This document shows positions 31,084 through 42,743 of a stretch of 64,000 nucleotides of DNA, one piece after another (the first letter of the stretch is position 1; each line of letters starts with the position of its first letter). This DNA comes from Lingula anatina. Taxonomy: Eukaryota > Animalia > Brachiopoda. Location: contig CM120644.1 in the NCBI GenBank assembly GCA_051362555.1, forward strand, positions 7,076,954-7,140,953. Reading direction: 5' to 3'. The notes under the pieces were generated by a model. That model was not told the origin of the DNA and made no database searches. It worked only from the letters and a program-made list of their open reading frames with translations. Position numbers and translations under genes: made by a program.

Positions 31084-33196
31084 ATGGCAGCAGTGAGGCG
31101 CTTTCTCTTTTCATCTACAACAGTGACTTTTGTCTTGGCATCCTTGATTGGAGCTCTGTGTGCCTTCATATTCTTGAAATATGACAGCCTAACCCAAGCC
31201 TCAGCTTCTATAAAGAAACAGAAGCTGCCACACACAACACTGTATAAACATTGGTTGAAGAACAGAGGACTTTTTCAGGTTCATGATTTCAAGGTGGAGG
31301 AAAAGGATCTTGCTAAGGTGTGTTTTGTAAGCAATTCTTTACACTAACCTTAAATTAGTCTACACATGTATGCACAGGTACAATGTGTGCCACACTGTGG
31401 TAACTTGCCTGCATTCTGTATTATTGGAAAACGAGATTTGCTTCAGGTGACAAAAATTTTGATGAATTTTTAGTGTAGAATAAATTGAAGAGCAGTTGGA
31501 ATTCTGCCTTTTTTTCTTTTTTTTTCATCTCCTAAGGGAGGATACAGTGTTTAAGTTGATGACTCTTTAAAGGCAATATGGATCATTATTATTATAGTTA
31601 CTGTATGGGTTTCAACATATTCCTCCCGAAGCTGAAGGAAATCTTCATATCTAGATCAGCCCCACCCCCTGCCCTTGAAAACACATTCTGGTTTGTTCTT
31701 CTTGTACTAGCTACTTAAAACCAAAAATTCTGTACTAGTATCTTGCTTTTGCAGACATTAAAGCTGGAAAAAGAAGACAAATACTTGTACGATACCACTC
31801 CCATCCTCTGCTGGATATTATGCACAGAAGAATGTATCTTGGACAAAAAAGTCAAAGCTCTCTGGGAAACCTGGGGAAAACGCTGCAACAAACTGCTCGT
31901 CTTCAAACACAAAAATACTCCTCTAGAGCACAAAGATGTGCCCGTCATCGATCTCAAGCACAAAGTTGACACCTGGAACGCCATGGAAGAGACACTTCAA
32001 CACCTGCACGTGTTCTACAGAGACAAATATGACTGGTTTTACAGGGCCGAGGAAGACACTTTCACTGTTGTGGAGAATCTGCGTTATTTTGTATCTGTGT
32101 ACAATGCCACAAGTCCCCATTATTTCGGCCACGTGTATAAAGAATGGCGGAGTTTATATAACTTGGGTCAGGCTGGCTTTGTGATCAGTAGAGGTGCGTT
32201 AGATATCCTGTATCAGGGCATAGAGAAAGACCAGTTGTGCCCCTACTCAGGCACGGCTGACATCATGCTAGCAAGGTAATTCTTTAAAATATTCATTATT
32301 TGGTAAATGACTGTAAATTGCTTTTTGCATTGAGTATTCTGTGCTGTGTCCATCTTCAGTGTTTTGATTAGCTGCTTTTTGGATAGAAATTTTAATGACA
32401 TGAGCTGCTCTAGTCACCTATGATAATAGTTATATAATTTTTTTCTTCAGAAAACGGGTCATTGATAGGAGGCTAAAATAATTTGTGACATTCAATTAAA
32501 AATATTTACATACATTTTGGAAATGCAATAACTGCATGGCTCTGTTGAACATTACCAAAAGAAAAAAAATTACCTTATCCAAAAGGGTTTTCTAGTTTTG
32601 CTGCATGGGCATACAAGTACATGTACCAGGTTATAAGTGAACAAAAATGTGAGCAATATAACTGAATTGATTGCATATGTTTTTCAGCTTGATACTGGTG
32701 CATTATACATTGGGAAGTTATCAAAATAAAAGTTATCATCAGTTTTATCAGTATGATACAATGTTTTAAATAATATTTTAAAAAATGAAATTATCTCAAA
32801 CCAAAAGCAAACAGTTTTTATCAAATCTATGCATTTATTATACAGGATGATCATATCTCTTAACAAAAGCTTACATTTTGGACATCTTTCACAGCTACTT
32901 GTGATACGTGTAATGGGGAACTTCTTTTTGTACCTCAGTCAATGGATTGGAAGCATCTTGGGGATTTACAGTCATTTACAGTCATTTACCAAATACGTCT
33001 TAATATATACAAATATATTAAATAAGAACTTTCCTGTTCAAGGTGTCTGAAGCAATACCATGTGATCCCAGGGGATACAGTTGACACCCTGGGGCGGGCA
33101 AGATTCCTAGTCTACACCCCTGAAGAACACCTCATTCCGGGTCATATTAACTGGAACAACGCCTACTGGTACAAAAGTCAACATATTAGTAAAAAT
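31084..33196 (+). CDS. C1GALT1-like (GT31) cassette A with degenerate catalytic motifs; predicted to splice to the shared terminal exon 38584-39012
   Basis: Exons 31084-31317, 31755-32275, 33043-33196 give 303 codons ending in phase 0 at a GTAAGT donor. Type II TM; [59 protein letters not shown]. No private CCS/SFHY exon was found before cassette B. Confidence 0.85.
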
Positions 33197-34083
33197 GTAA
33201 GTACTAGTATAATGTAAATACTCTTGTTTTACATGATACACTCAATGTTTTGGAAATCAGCATGCTAGTAATCATAAAACCTTTGAAATTATTGGTTTTT
33301 GCATTTACTGGTAGATTTAAATAGTTTAGCAGTATTGGAATATATCTAATAGAATAAAAAGCAGTGTGTGCCTATCACATCTGTATTAATTAGCCTAATA
33401 ATTTTTTGCTAACTGAATTGCAAGGGAATATGAACCATGTTAAACTTCATAACATTTCTTTTTACAATTATTGTATAAAATTTGAAAAGTCAGTTTTTTT
33501 TTATTATCAAATTTCATCAACTTTTTATGGATTGTGCTTGCATTTCTCTGTGCAAATGGTTATTATTAGTATTATTTTTGTTGTTATTATTATTATTATG
33601 TTGCTGTTGTTGTTGTTGTTAATTGTTGATATCAGGAAGGTGTGTTTGGTTTAATGTGAAATACAGACAGTTAATCTACCATTATATAATGTACATACCT
33701 GTATATATTCCATTACCCTGAGATTCTGATATTATTGTTCAATCTTAAGTAGTAAAAAAGATTTAATGCCTAGTACATACTGGTTTGAAACTACCTTGTA
33801 ATAATGGTCTTCACTCTTCGGCTAGTTAGTCAACCTACTTATTCTGTGGACTTCTACTGGAATTAAGATGACTTTTTTGAGGTAACAGAATTAAAGTTTT
33901 ACCACTCAGCATGATAGTTTGTCTATGTTCCCTTACCAACAATAAAGGCTTTCAGTTGCGGGAGTACTCTGGCAACATTTTACGTTCTGTAAGGGTTGTA
34001 ACCTAGACTGGCACCCATATTCCCATTTATACACTGTACATGTACAAAGATTTCCTTCCCTTTTGATCAACAATTTGAAACAA

Positions 34084-34114
<31 letters not shown>

Positions 34115-34467
34115 ATAGAATTACATTTTAAAAGCCGCACACATATAGACTTTACGTTCAGACCTTTGTGCCATAAAAATGTTATAATTTTAGTCTATCT
34201 TTATTTATAAATTATTCATGAATGCATTGTAATAACACAGTCCAGTATCACGTGAATTAATACAGTTATGTAAATGTATGAAAATTGACAGAGGTTTAGT
34301 TGAATCACATTGAGAGTTATTACAAGCTTCACATCTCTGCATATATGTATTATAGATTTTAACTGTGTGGTAAGTGTCATATTTATTGAAAAGTTGTGAG
34401 TTACCGATTGTTCTCGTCTTGGATATATCGCACTACGTCAAGCGTAACTGTCCACCGATACAACAGC

Positions 34468-37400
34468 ATGTTGAAATGGAGTGGCCGTATTTCTGTGTCA
34501 TTTACGGTGGGCATTTTCTTCGGTTTTGTGGCCACCTACTGGTCTATGTCCTCCGACAGGGCTCATGACAAGAAAACATGGATTAAGTCGTCGAAATTTG
34601 TCCCGGACGACCCTTTCAGCCATCAAGAGCCGGTGGGAGACGATGCGGGACCGAGAGACCCCGTTAAGTGGCACGACGAAGAAATGCACGACTCCGGTAA
34701 GTAATGCTACGGGTCACGACATTCAAATTGAACTACGTGTCAGGTATTGAAGAGGCACAAAATATGCTACTGAGGGATGTGTAGTCCTGCAATTCCTAGA
34801 TATCAATGAAAGGGGCTTCTGTTGGTAGCCACCTCTCCCGTTTCTCAATTATTTGTAACGTCTTCCTTGTTACATAGCACTACAAGAAAGTTTTTATCAC
34901 TGTCAGACGTTAATGCATTAACTAAAGCAAAAACCAGAATTAATATTCAAAGATGCCCTTTATCACAGTAAGATTTCGATTCTTGGCAATGTTCATAAAC
35001 TGCCACATGCAAAGTATATAAATGTGTGTAACTGGGGGCAGAACACGCAATAAGATATAGTCAATTTTCATAACTTACAGGTCTATGCCCCTGCTTCCCA
35101 TTTAATGCCAGTGGGTCACATATCTCACAATTCATATTAAATTATTGCAAGCTTTAAGACTGAATTATTTAAGCCTCAGATAATGACCAATTACATGCAT
35201 TTAGACAGACATATTCTCTATATAATTAAGATATAAATCAGTATCACTACAAATTTCTTTGGTGCAGCATTGCCTTATAATTTCTTAGCAGCCCTACAAA
35301 AATCTTATCTAGCTACTAGTATAGTAGGCCCTTCTTTGTAAAATATTCATGCAACTGTCCTTTGAGAGCACTAGTAATGTTGATAGTGAGTGAGTTTACA
35401 CTGAACACGTATTCAAAGCCTGAACAAACACTGCCACATTTATAGCCCCACAATCAGCCTATGCAAACACAAGGTGGCTGTATCTCTTTCTGTTGAAAAC
35501 ACGACTTGCGGATTTATGACTCAAACATTTTTGTATCACCCTGGTATTTAAGATGTGTAGTAACTGTTTGTGCAGTAAGTCCTCTGAGTCGTGGTGAATA
35601 AATGGTTCTTTGATGTAGTTATGTTTTGTAGGTGTCACATGATTTTAAGTATAGGGTTGAATTAAAAGACTTAGCATGGCTTAATGTACTGCAATTTATC
35701 GAAATTACTTTGAAAATTTAATACTAGTACTATATTTAACAGGTCTAAATAAATTTATTCAAGAAATAGCCTCTATGTCAAGCACTGGGTTAATTGTGTC
35801 TGTCTAAACATTTAACACCTTTATCAAATCACTTAATCATGAACTCATTTAAAAATACAAGGCATTATTATAAATATTTTTGTCAAAAAATAATGGAAGT
35901 GTACATAAACAATAATGTTGCACCCTTCTTGCTTTCACTGATATAAAAATGTTGAGTGGTGCCCTCTACAGGAGGCACCAATGACGGCGCATTCCCCATC
36001 CCCAAGATGCTCCCAATCCCAGGATTCATAATGTGTTTTGTTTGATTTTAGACCCAGACTCGCCCGCCAGGAAACTTTACAATGAGGTGAAAGTCCTATG
36101 CTGGGTGATGACATCCCCAGATAACTTTGAGTCGAAGGCGCAGCATGTCAAGGCCACATGGGGCAAGCGGTGCAATAAACTCCTCTTCATGAGCTCCAAG
36201 GCTGACCTCCTCCTTCCCGTCATCAAACTCCCAGTGGGAGAAGGAAGGTCGAATTTGTGGCGAAAAACTCGTGAGGCTTTCAAGTATGTCTATGAGCACC
36301 ACTTCAAAGACTTTGACTGGTTTTTCAAGGTGGACGATGACACTTTTGTTGTGATGGAAAACTTACGCTTGTTGTTGAAACGTTTCGTCCCAGACAAGCC
36401 TTATTACATAGGCAGGCGGTTCAAGCCTTATATTGATCAGGGTTACATGAGTGGTGGTGCCGGGTACGTCTTAAGCAAGGCCGCCCTGGAGCTCTTTGTG
36501 GTCAAGGGACTGGACGACACGTCTAAATGTCCAGGTGGGACTGGACCAGAAGACCTCAACATGGGAGTTTGCATGGAGAAACTTGGGGTGATGGCGTTGG
36601 ACAGCAGGGACAAGTTGGGTCGGGAAACGTTCCATCCATTTCAACCAGAACATGTGCTGATACCTAATTATATTCCAAGAGGCAACTGGATATTTACCTA
36701 TTCTTATTATCCTTATAAAGAGGTTTGTTATTTTATATATGGACAGTGAATGTGGAGCTAGATTTGTGTAATATGTTTATGAAGAATTTAGATTTTTATT
36801 TTCCAAAAAGTTAATAACCATTACTATTGGTAGCATGATTTATTTTCCTGTCTTTTTATAGATATGAAAGAAATTGAAGGAAGTTAAAGATACACATTAA
36901 ATATCATGGGTAAAACAGGTTTTCTCTTTCTCTTCTAAAGAGATGAACTTCTTACCATTATTATGCCCACCCTTCAAAGAAGTGGGGATATGTTGCTTTG
37001 CACATTTTATTCAGTCTGACAGGTAATCTGTAACAAGAAATTGTCTGACAAATAAACAAAGAACAAATTGGTCTACTGTCCTCATATTTGGGAGAGAGGT
37101 TTGTCATCACATGTAGATGACCACTGAGTAAATTGATTTTGAGATCAGTATGTTTAAGGTATAAGTCACATTGACCTACAACAGAAAAATCTTGTCTGAC
37201 CAATAAATACATAACAATTTGTCCTGCCAGGGAAACATCTGTGTGTGACAAACACCTCTTGTCATGCACTTGCTGTTTATTTGCACTATCAAACCATCAT
37301 TAACATTACTAATGTAATGAAAAGATGCAAATTCACCGCATAACAGCTCATTCCAAATACTAACATTTAGTTATAAAATTACCACAGGACAGACAATAAA

Positions 37401-39012
37401 TATTTAGGGTATTTTATTGTCTGCCCCATGGCAAGTCTAGTCATTTCTTCCTCTTGTCTACGTGTCCAACAGGGCTTCAAGCCTCTGGCATTCTTAAGGG
37501 GTCTTAGTGCAAGTAGGTGATTATACAGAGACAGTGAACTTTGAATTTTATTGCCAGCTTCCTCAATGACCATACAGAGGAAATGCTATGAATATTTCAT
37601 TTAAAAGTTAGATGTTCATTGCATAGTAAAATAAGGTACTATAGGACTGAAACAATTTTCTAAGCACGCACACATCCTGAAAGTATTTACCGATTGTTGG
37701 GGTGGATGTTGGTGGAAAAAAATGAAAAATGTTCAGTTTTTGTTGCTGCAAATGGCTGTCTGTTACAGGTAGATTGCTAAAATTGTATATGTGTTACATG
37801 TTTCATTTGGGTTATATAGAACTGAACTAATATTACATTATCATTTAGTTTACTTGTACATTCCCTTCCTTGTCAAATAAGAGGAAATAAATCCAGTCCC
37901 ATTGCATATTATAACAACTCCAGCCTTACACTGTCACTGGGGGGAATGGGGGGGGGGGGCTTTAGTTCAAACTTACCAGTAAACATTTATTGTTAAATTT
38001 CATTGACTGAATGCAGCCTGGTTCTCTGCCTCTTACAAAGGAGAGGGAAGAGGTTTTCTCCTGTCCTGCTTATAATTAGCTTCAGGTCTTTGGTGTATTT
38101 ATAGATAGATAGCATGTGGGCTTATTAGTGGTGAATATTTTTAGCTCATTGCATGTAAAACATCCATTAATAGAGACTTAAGAGAGATTATGTATGAAAT
38201 GTCTGTTATTGGTGAATTCAGTCAGATTGTGGGTGTAAGGTCCATGAATAATGACTGAGCCCTTAAATGACTGAATATACACTTCATATTTGTTTTGTAC
38301 ACAGGCATTTAATGTATTGAGTATGAATTAGTAATATTATATGGACATTTTATATATTACCATATTATATGCACATTATTCTAAACATTTTGAAAATTTA
38401 AAAGTCAGCTGGAAAATTGTTTTAAATATATATGGTGTTTTTCTTTTCTGTTTTAGATATTGCTCAGTTATGCTGCCAACAAGTCACATCCCCTCAGAAG
38501 AAAAATATCATTTTATTACATTTGTTCTCAAATTTTTAGTATCAGTCTGTAACATATTAATTTTTCTGGTTCTTTTCCCACAGGGTCCAGAGTGTTGCAG
38601 TGACTACGCCATCTCATTTCACTATATCTCTCCCAATATGATGTATGTGATGGAATACTTGATCTACCATTTAAGACCACATGGTGTCAGCACCAAGCTG
38701 GTCCTCCCACAGGAAGGACACACAGACAGACTCACACAGCAGGGGGTCCAAGACAAGCCATCAGTGGTTGATGGAAAATCTGAACAGGATTTAGACAAAG
38801 GCGCTTTAGACAAAAAGACAGACTCTCAAAGTGCTAGTGATAAAGCAAGAGAGGATGTAGAAGATAAACAGGATAACAGGTTGAAGAAAGAAGAAAATCA
38901 ACAGGGTGAAATAAAGTTTAAAAATGCAGGCGACTCACATACATTGGGCAAAAATTCTCCTGAGAAACTAGTGAAAATTGTGTCAAAATCTGTAAATCAA
39001 CATGGCAGTTAG
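34468..39012 (+). CDS. C1GALT1: Core 1 beta-1,3-galactosyltransferase (T-synthase), ~442 aa
   Basis: Exons 34468-34696, 36052-36722, 38584-39012 in phase. Motifs [67 protein letters not shown]. The three-coding-exon layout matches the canonical C1GALT1 structure. Confidence 0.93.
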
Positions 39013-41095
39013 TAGCTCTAGGTGGCAGCTTGATGGACCATTTTATAGAGTAGGGTGGGTGGTGAAATTTCCTAGACATCTCCTTACCATCCCTACTGTA
39101 CACTCATACTACATACACAAACACACACAAAGACTAAAACATGGAAGCACATGTAAAAGTCAAACACACATGCATGCTTATACATGTGAGCCAACATGTG
39201 AATCCCCATGTTTGAACCACTCATATATACCTTGTAGTATCTTCATGCTGGTGTCAGTTTACAGCCCAGTAATTTATTGTTTTAAAGTGGTGAATGATGT
39301 TGAATTAGGCATTGCATTTTTGGTCTACCTTGTTATGGTCTTCACACAATGTTCCCAAAGATGGAAAAATACACTGTCACCATTGTTACAGTTAGGTGGA
39401 ATTCACATGCCTTTAGTTAGCAACCAGCAAGTTGGGTAATGCCATAAAATATATCATCTCACAAAGCATGACACGTTTAACATAGAAGTCAGTGTAATCC
39501 ACCATAGTTGTTCAGTACTGTCACTCCAACTCCCTGTTACAAAGGTAAAGTGCCCAACTGACAGACCATAACAATGTAGTTTTTACTTTATGTAAATTCC
39601 CATGTCTTGGAAATCTCTTTTGAAAAAGGTGATCATTCCAGCTAGATCATCAGTATCTTTTTTGAAAATTGAACTTTCAGGGTGTACTTTGTGTAATGCC
39701 TCTCATATGCAACTGTGTGAAGCTTAAAAAAATTAATTTATTCAAACCATCAGATGCTTGTATACGGGACCAGCATGTGACATGTTATCTCTTCCAAGAA
39801 TTGTGATGATTTTGTAAAATTATTATCTTGAGTGTAAGGACAATATAGGCAGCTATATGAATTTTTTTAAAATGAAACTGTTAACATATTTAGCAGTGAA
39901 GATGTGGAGTAATCTTTCTAAATGAGACATATTGGTGTAACTTATGAAGTTAGCTGTACATACAGAAATATTTTAAACACTATTTTTAATGTATATTTAT
40001 ATTGTATAATTAAATGTTAAAAATATTTACAGAAAAAGTTGAACATGTCCAAATGAAGTACAATGGTTTATTTTGCTGATTAATGCAAGGTGCCCAAAGT
40101 TCTATATCCGTTTTGTAATGTGCCCGCTTTTCTTGTATTAAAAGGGCGACTTTTCTGAAAGCAAGCAAAGATTTGAAAGTAAAAAAAAAGGATGTTGCTA
40201 CATATCAGAATCAAGTCAATGTTGTGGTTCCTCTTTTAAAGTTGCCTGGTGAAAGGGGGATATTTGACGTACACGTTATTTTTTAACAAAGAAAAAATTA
40301 AGTAGTTGAAGAAGAAATTGACTTTAGTAAGAAAATAATTTCGTCAATGAACTATAATTGAAAAAATATATATATTACATATTTATGAGGTATGTAAGAT
40401 GCTGTGTATACACCTATCAAAAAACAAATAATAAATTTGACTCGCTTTACGAGTTAATGATGGTTAAAAATTGCTTTGAGTTTATATCCAGTGCACAGTA
40501 CTCTGTAGACTTAGAACGAAAACTGTTGCCTATTTTCATTTGGATACTCAGACAACAGTATAGGCCATGTAGGCATTAATTTACTACTCATTTAATATAA
40601 AGAAACTCGCTCTGTGCAGACAGAATTAAGAGCTACCCATAAGGGGTGCCTGCAAAAATCCTTGAGGAAATTTGAAAAAGAAAAAAAAAACTGCAGTATA
40701 TCATATGCAATGATGGCTAAAAAAAACAACACAGTCTGCAAAGCTCTACTTAAACGTAAATTTACATGTATTTTTGTACATAATTTGCAAGTGATGTATT
40801 CTAATTACATGTATGTTAATGAGTGTGTTTGGAAGGTGCTTCTTCATCATTGTGTGTCAATTGTCTTGTATTTGCTTATGTGAAATGAAATTTAAAAAAT
40901 GTGTGTGTGTGTGTGTTCTTTGTAAGTTCACGTTTTTTAAAAGATATTTATTTATCTTAACGAGCCACTTGAGTGTTTGTTCGCAGTACACGTGAATCTC
41001 ACAATTTCTTTTACCCTCTCCCTCTCTTTATTTCCTGTTTTAGATATGTTACATCATGAAAATAGTGCCGTCAATGGTTGCATGCATTTTTTCCC

Positions 41096-42586
41096 TTATG
41101 GCTTACACATCAGCTTGAAAATTAAATGAGCGAGAGTTTTCCCAATGTCATTTCTGTACAAGTCCGGGTTATTCATGGCCTTACTACATAAAAAATGGTG
41201 GCTGTCACAAACTTCGTTCATTCTAGGATTAGCCACGTAAAAGCCATCCACAATCTCAACACTGTATTGCTGAAGTTGTCGAGTAAATATTTCATTAACA
41301 GCTGTCAACATGTAATAGTTTGAATCTTGTTCCCCACAAGGACTTGGGAGAATATTAAGATAAATCAAGCGAGGCGCATACGGCCTCATTTTCTTTTGCA
41401 TAATGGGCAGAAATTTGAGGAAAACCGGAACATCCTGTTGCAGAAACTTTTTGCTGCTCTCAAAAACATTTGCCCAAATTCCAAAATTAACCAGAATAAC
41501 TTGATTTGTATTTAGTGCTTGACCTGCAGAATTCATCACAGATGAAATGTGTCTCATTGTATCATTAGAAAAAGGGGACCACTTAAATATCTGTTTTGTT
41601 GCGGTCTCGAATTGTTTCCTTATTTTTCTACTCTCATGACGAACATCCTTTTGAAACTGTTTCAAAATGATGCTTCTCAGATACTCACTAACTCTCCTAA
41701 GGTGAGAATCGCCGATTATTGTTATATTAATTCTGTCATAACACCGTAAGAGGTCTTTATCAGACGTGAACTCAAATGGACAGCCATCAGACGATCCCCA
41801 ATATAACTTCCCGCCATCATTCCACCAGCGTCCCATCATAAAATCGTCGAGGGTTTTAGAATTGCAAGAACTTTGCTTGTAATCTGTCTCCAACACTGCC
41901 CCTTTCTTTTCGGGGCATTTATTAAAAGTAGATATTACCTTGTTGATTCTATTTGGCCAGCATATCTTCTCCCAAAAGCGATGCACACCAATCCGTGGAT
42001 GATGCTTGTATGCCTCAAAACCAGTATAGTCAAAATACACAGTGCCCTTGACACAGCCAGTAATTTTTGGACAAAGAGCGATATAACTGCCGTTGTAAAA
42101 GTCCGTCACTGGACACGTGAGTATTTCTCTTCCATGCAGTTCGATTCGAAACCCACTGCCTCCCAAAGAACTCTGTGGCGGCTTTTCTGAAGTGATAACG
42201 CTTTCCCTGATGAATACCACGAACTCGTTGTCGGAAATAGTGACGGCGATGGTATGGTTCACATTCGGGGACCTAGTCGCATCGCACACATGTTGATTTT
42301 CACAGTGATTCCAAAAATGCAACAATTGCTCGCTCTCTGATGGCCCATTCCTAATCCATAAGTTGCCATTTGTTCCTTTCATTAGGTCAAATTTACCATC
42401 ATTCGCGTATTTTAATCTGACTGAGTTTTCGTCGATTTTTTGGAGATTTTTTTGTCGCGAATTTCTATCCAAACCAATCCCAAAGAGATGTAAATGTTGT
42501 CGATCAAAAATAAAAAGAATACCCACATATATTATTGTTGCAAGACATGCACATCCGATAATCAGGATAATCTTATGCAGTCCCAT
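41096..42586 (-). CDS. NXPE/PC-esterase-like SGNH acyltransferase/esterase, type II membrane, copy A1 (496 aa, single coding exon)
   Basis: N-terminal TM; GGSGFRIEL, VTDFYNGSY, IIGDSHLRR (GDS), NFGIW, and C-terminal CDSHH (DxxH). Confidence 0.8.
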   Translation of the reverse strand: MGLHKIILIIGCACLATIIYVGILFIFDRQHLHLFGIGLDRNSRQKNLQKIDENSVRLKYANDGKFDLMKGTNGNLWIRNGPSESEQLLHFWNHCENQHVCDATRSPNVNHTIAVTISDNEFVVFIRESVITSEKPPQSSLGGSGFRIELHGREILTCPVTDFYNGSYIALCPKITGCVKGTVYFDYTGFEAYKHHPRIGVHRFWEKICWPNRINKVISTFNKCPEKKGAVLETDYKQSSCNSKTLDDFMMGRWWNDGGKLYWGSSDGCPFEFTSDKDLLRCYDRINITIIGDSHLRRVSEYLRSIILKQFQKDVRHESRKIRKQFETATKQIFKWSPFSNDTMRHISSVMNSAGQALNTNQVILVNFGIWANVFESSKKFLQQDVPVFLKFLPIMQKKMRPYAPRLIYLNILPSPCGEQDSNYYMLTAVNEIFTRQLQQYSVEIVDGFYVANPRMNEVCDSHHFLCSKAMNNPDLYRNDIGKTLAHLIFKLMCKP

Positions 42587-42743
42587 GTCTCAAACTTGAC
42601 ACATATATGTATGAACTCGATGGACGTTTGATTCCTGGAAGAAGGAGTGCATATCTCAGCGATGCCTGCCAGACTAATATCCCGTATACACTGTATGTAC
42701 TAGATAGCAGAGAATGTCCTTGATTCAATATGCCAAATCTTAA

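Noticed and set aside
31084-33196. Naming cassette A C1GALT1C1/Cosmc, or calling it a pseudogene
   Set aside because: Orthology to Cosmc cannot be shown without a phylogeny. The open frames, intact splice sites and conserved structural motifs argue against a pseudogene.
33948-33992. Possible private last exon for cassette A (AFSCGSTLATFYVL*)
   Set aside because: Only faint resemblance to [11 protein letters not shown], poor AAG acceptor and a stop after 14 codons. Kept only as a caveat.
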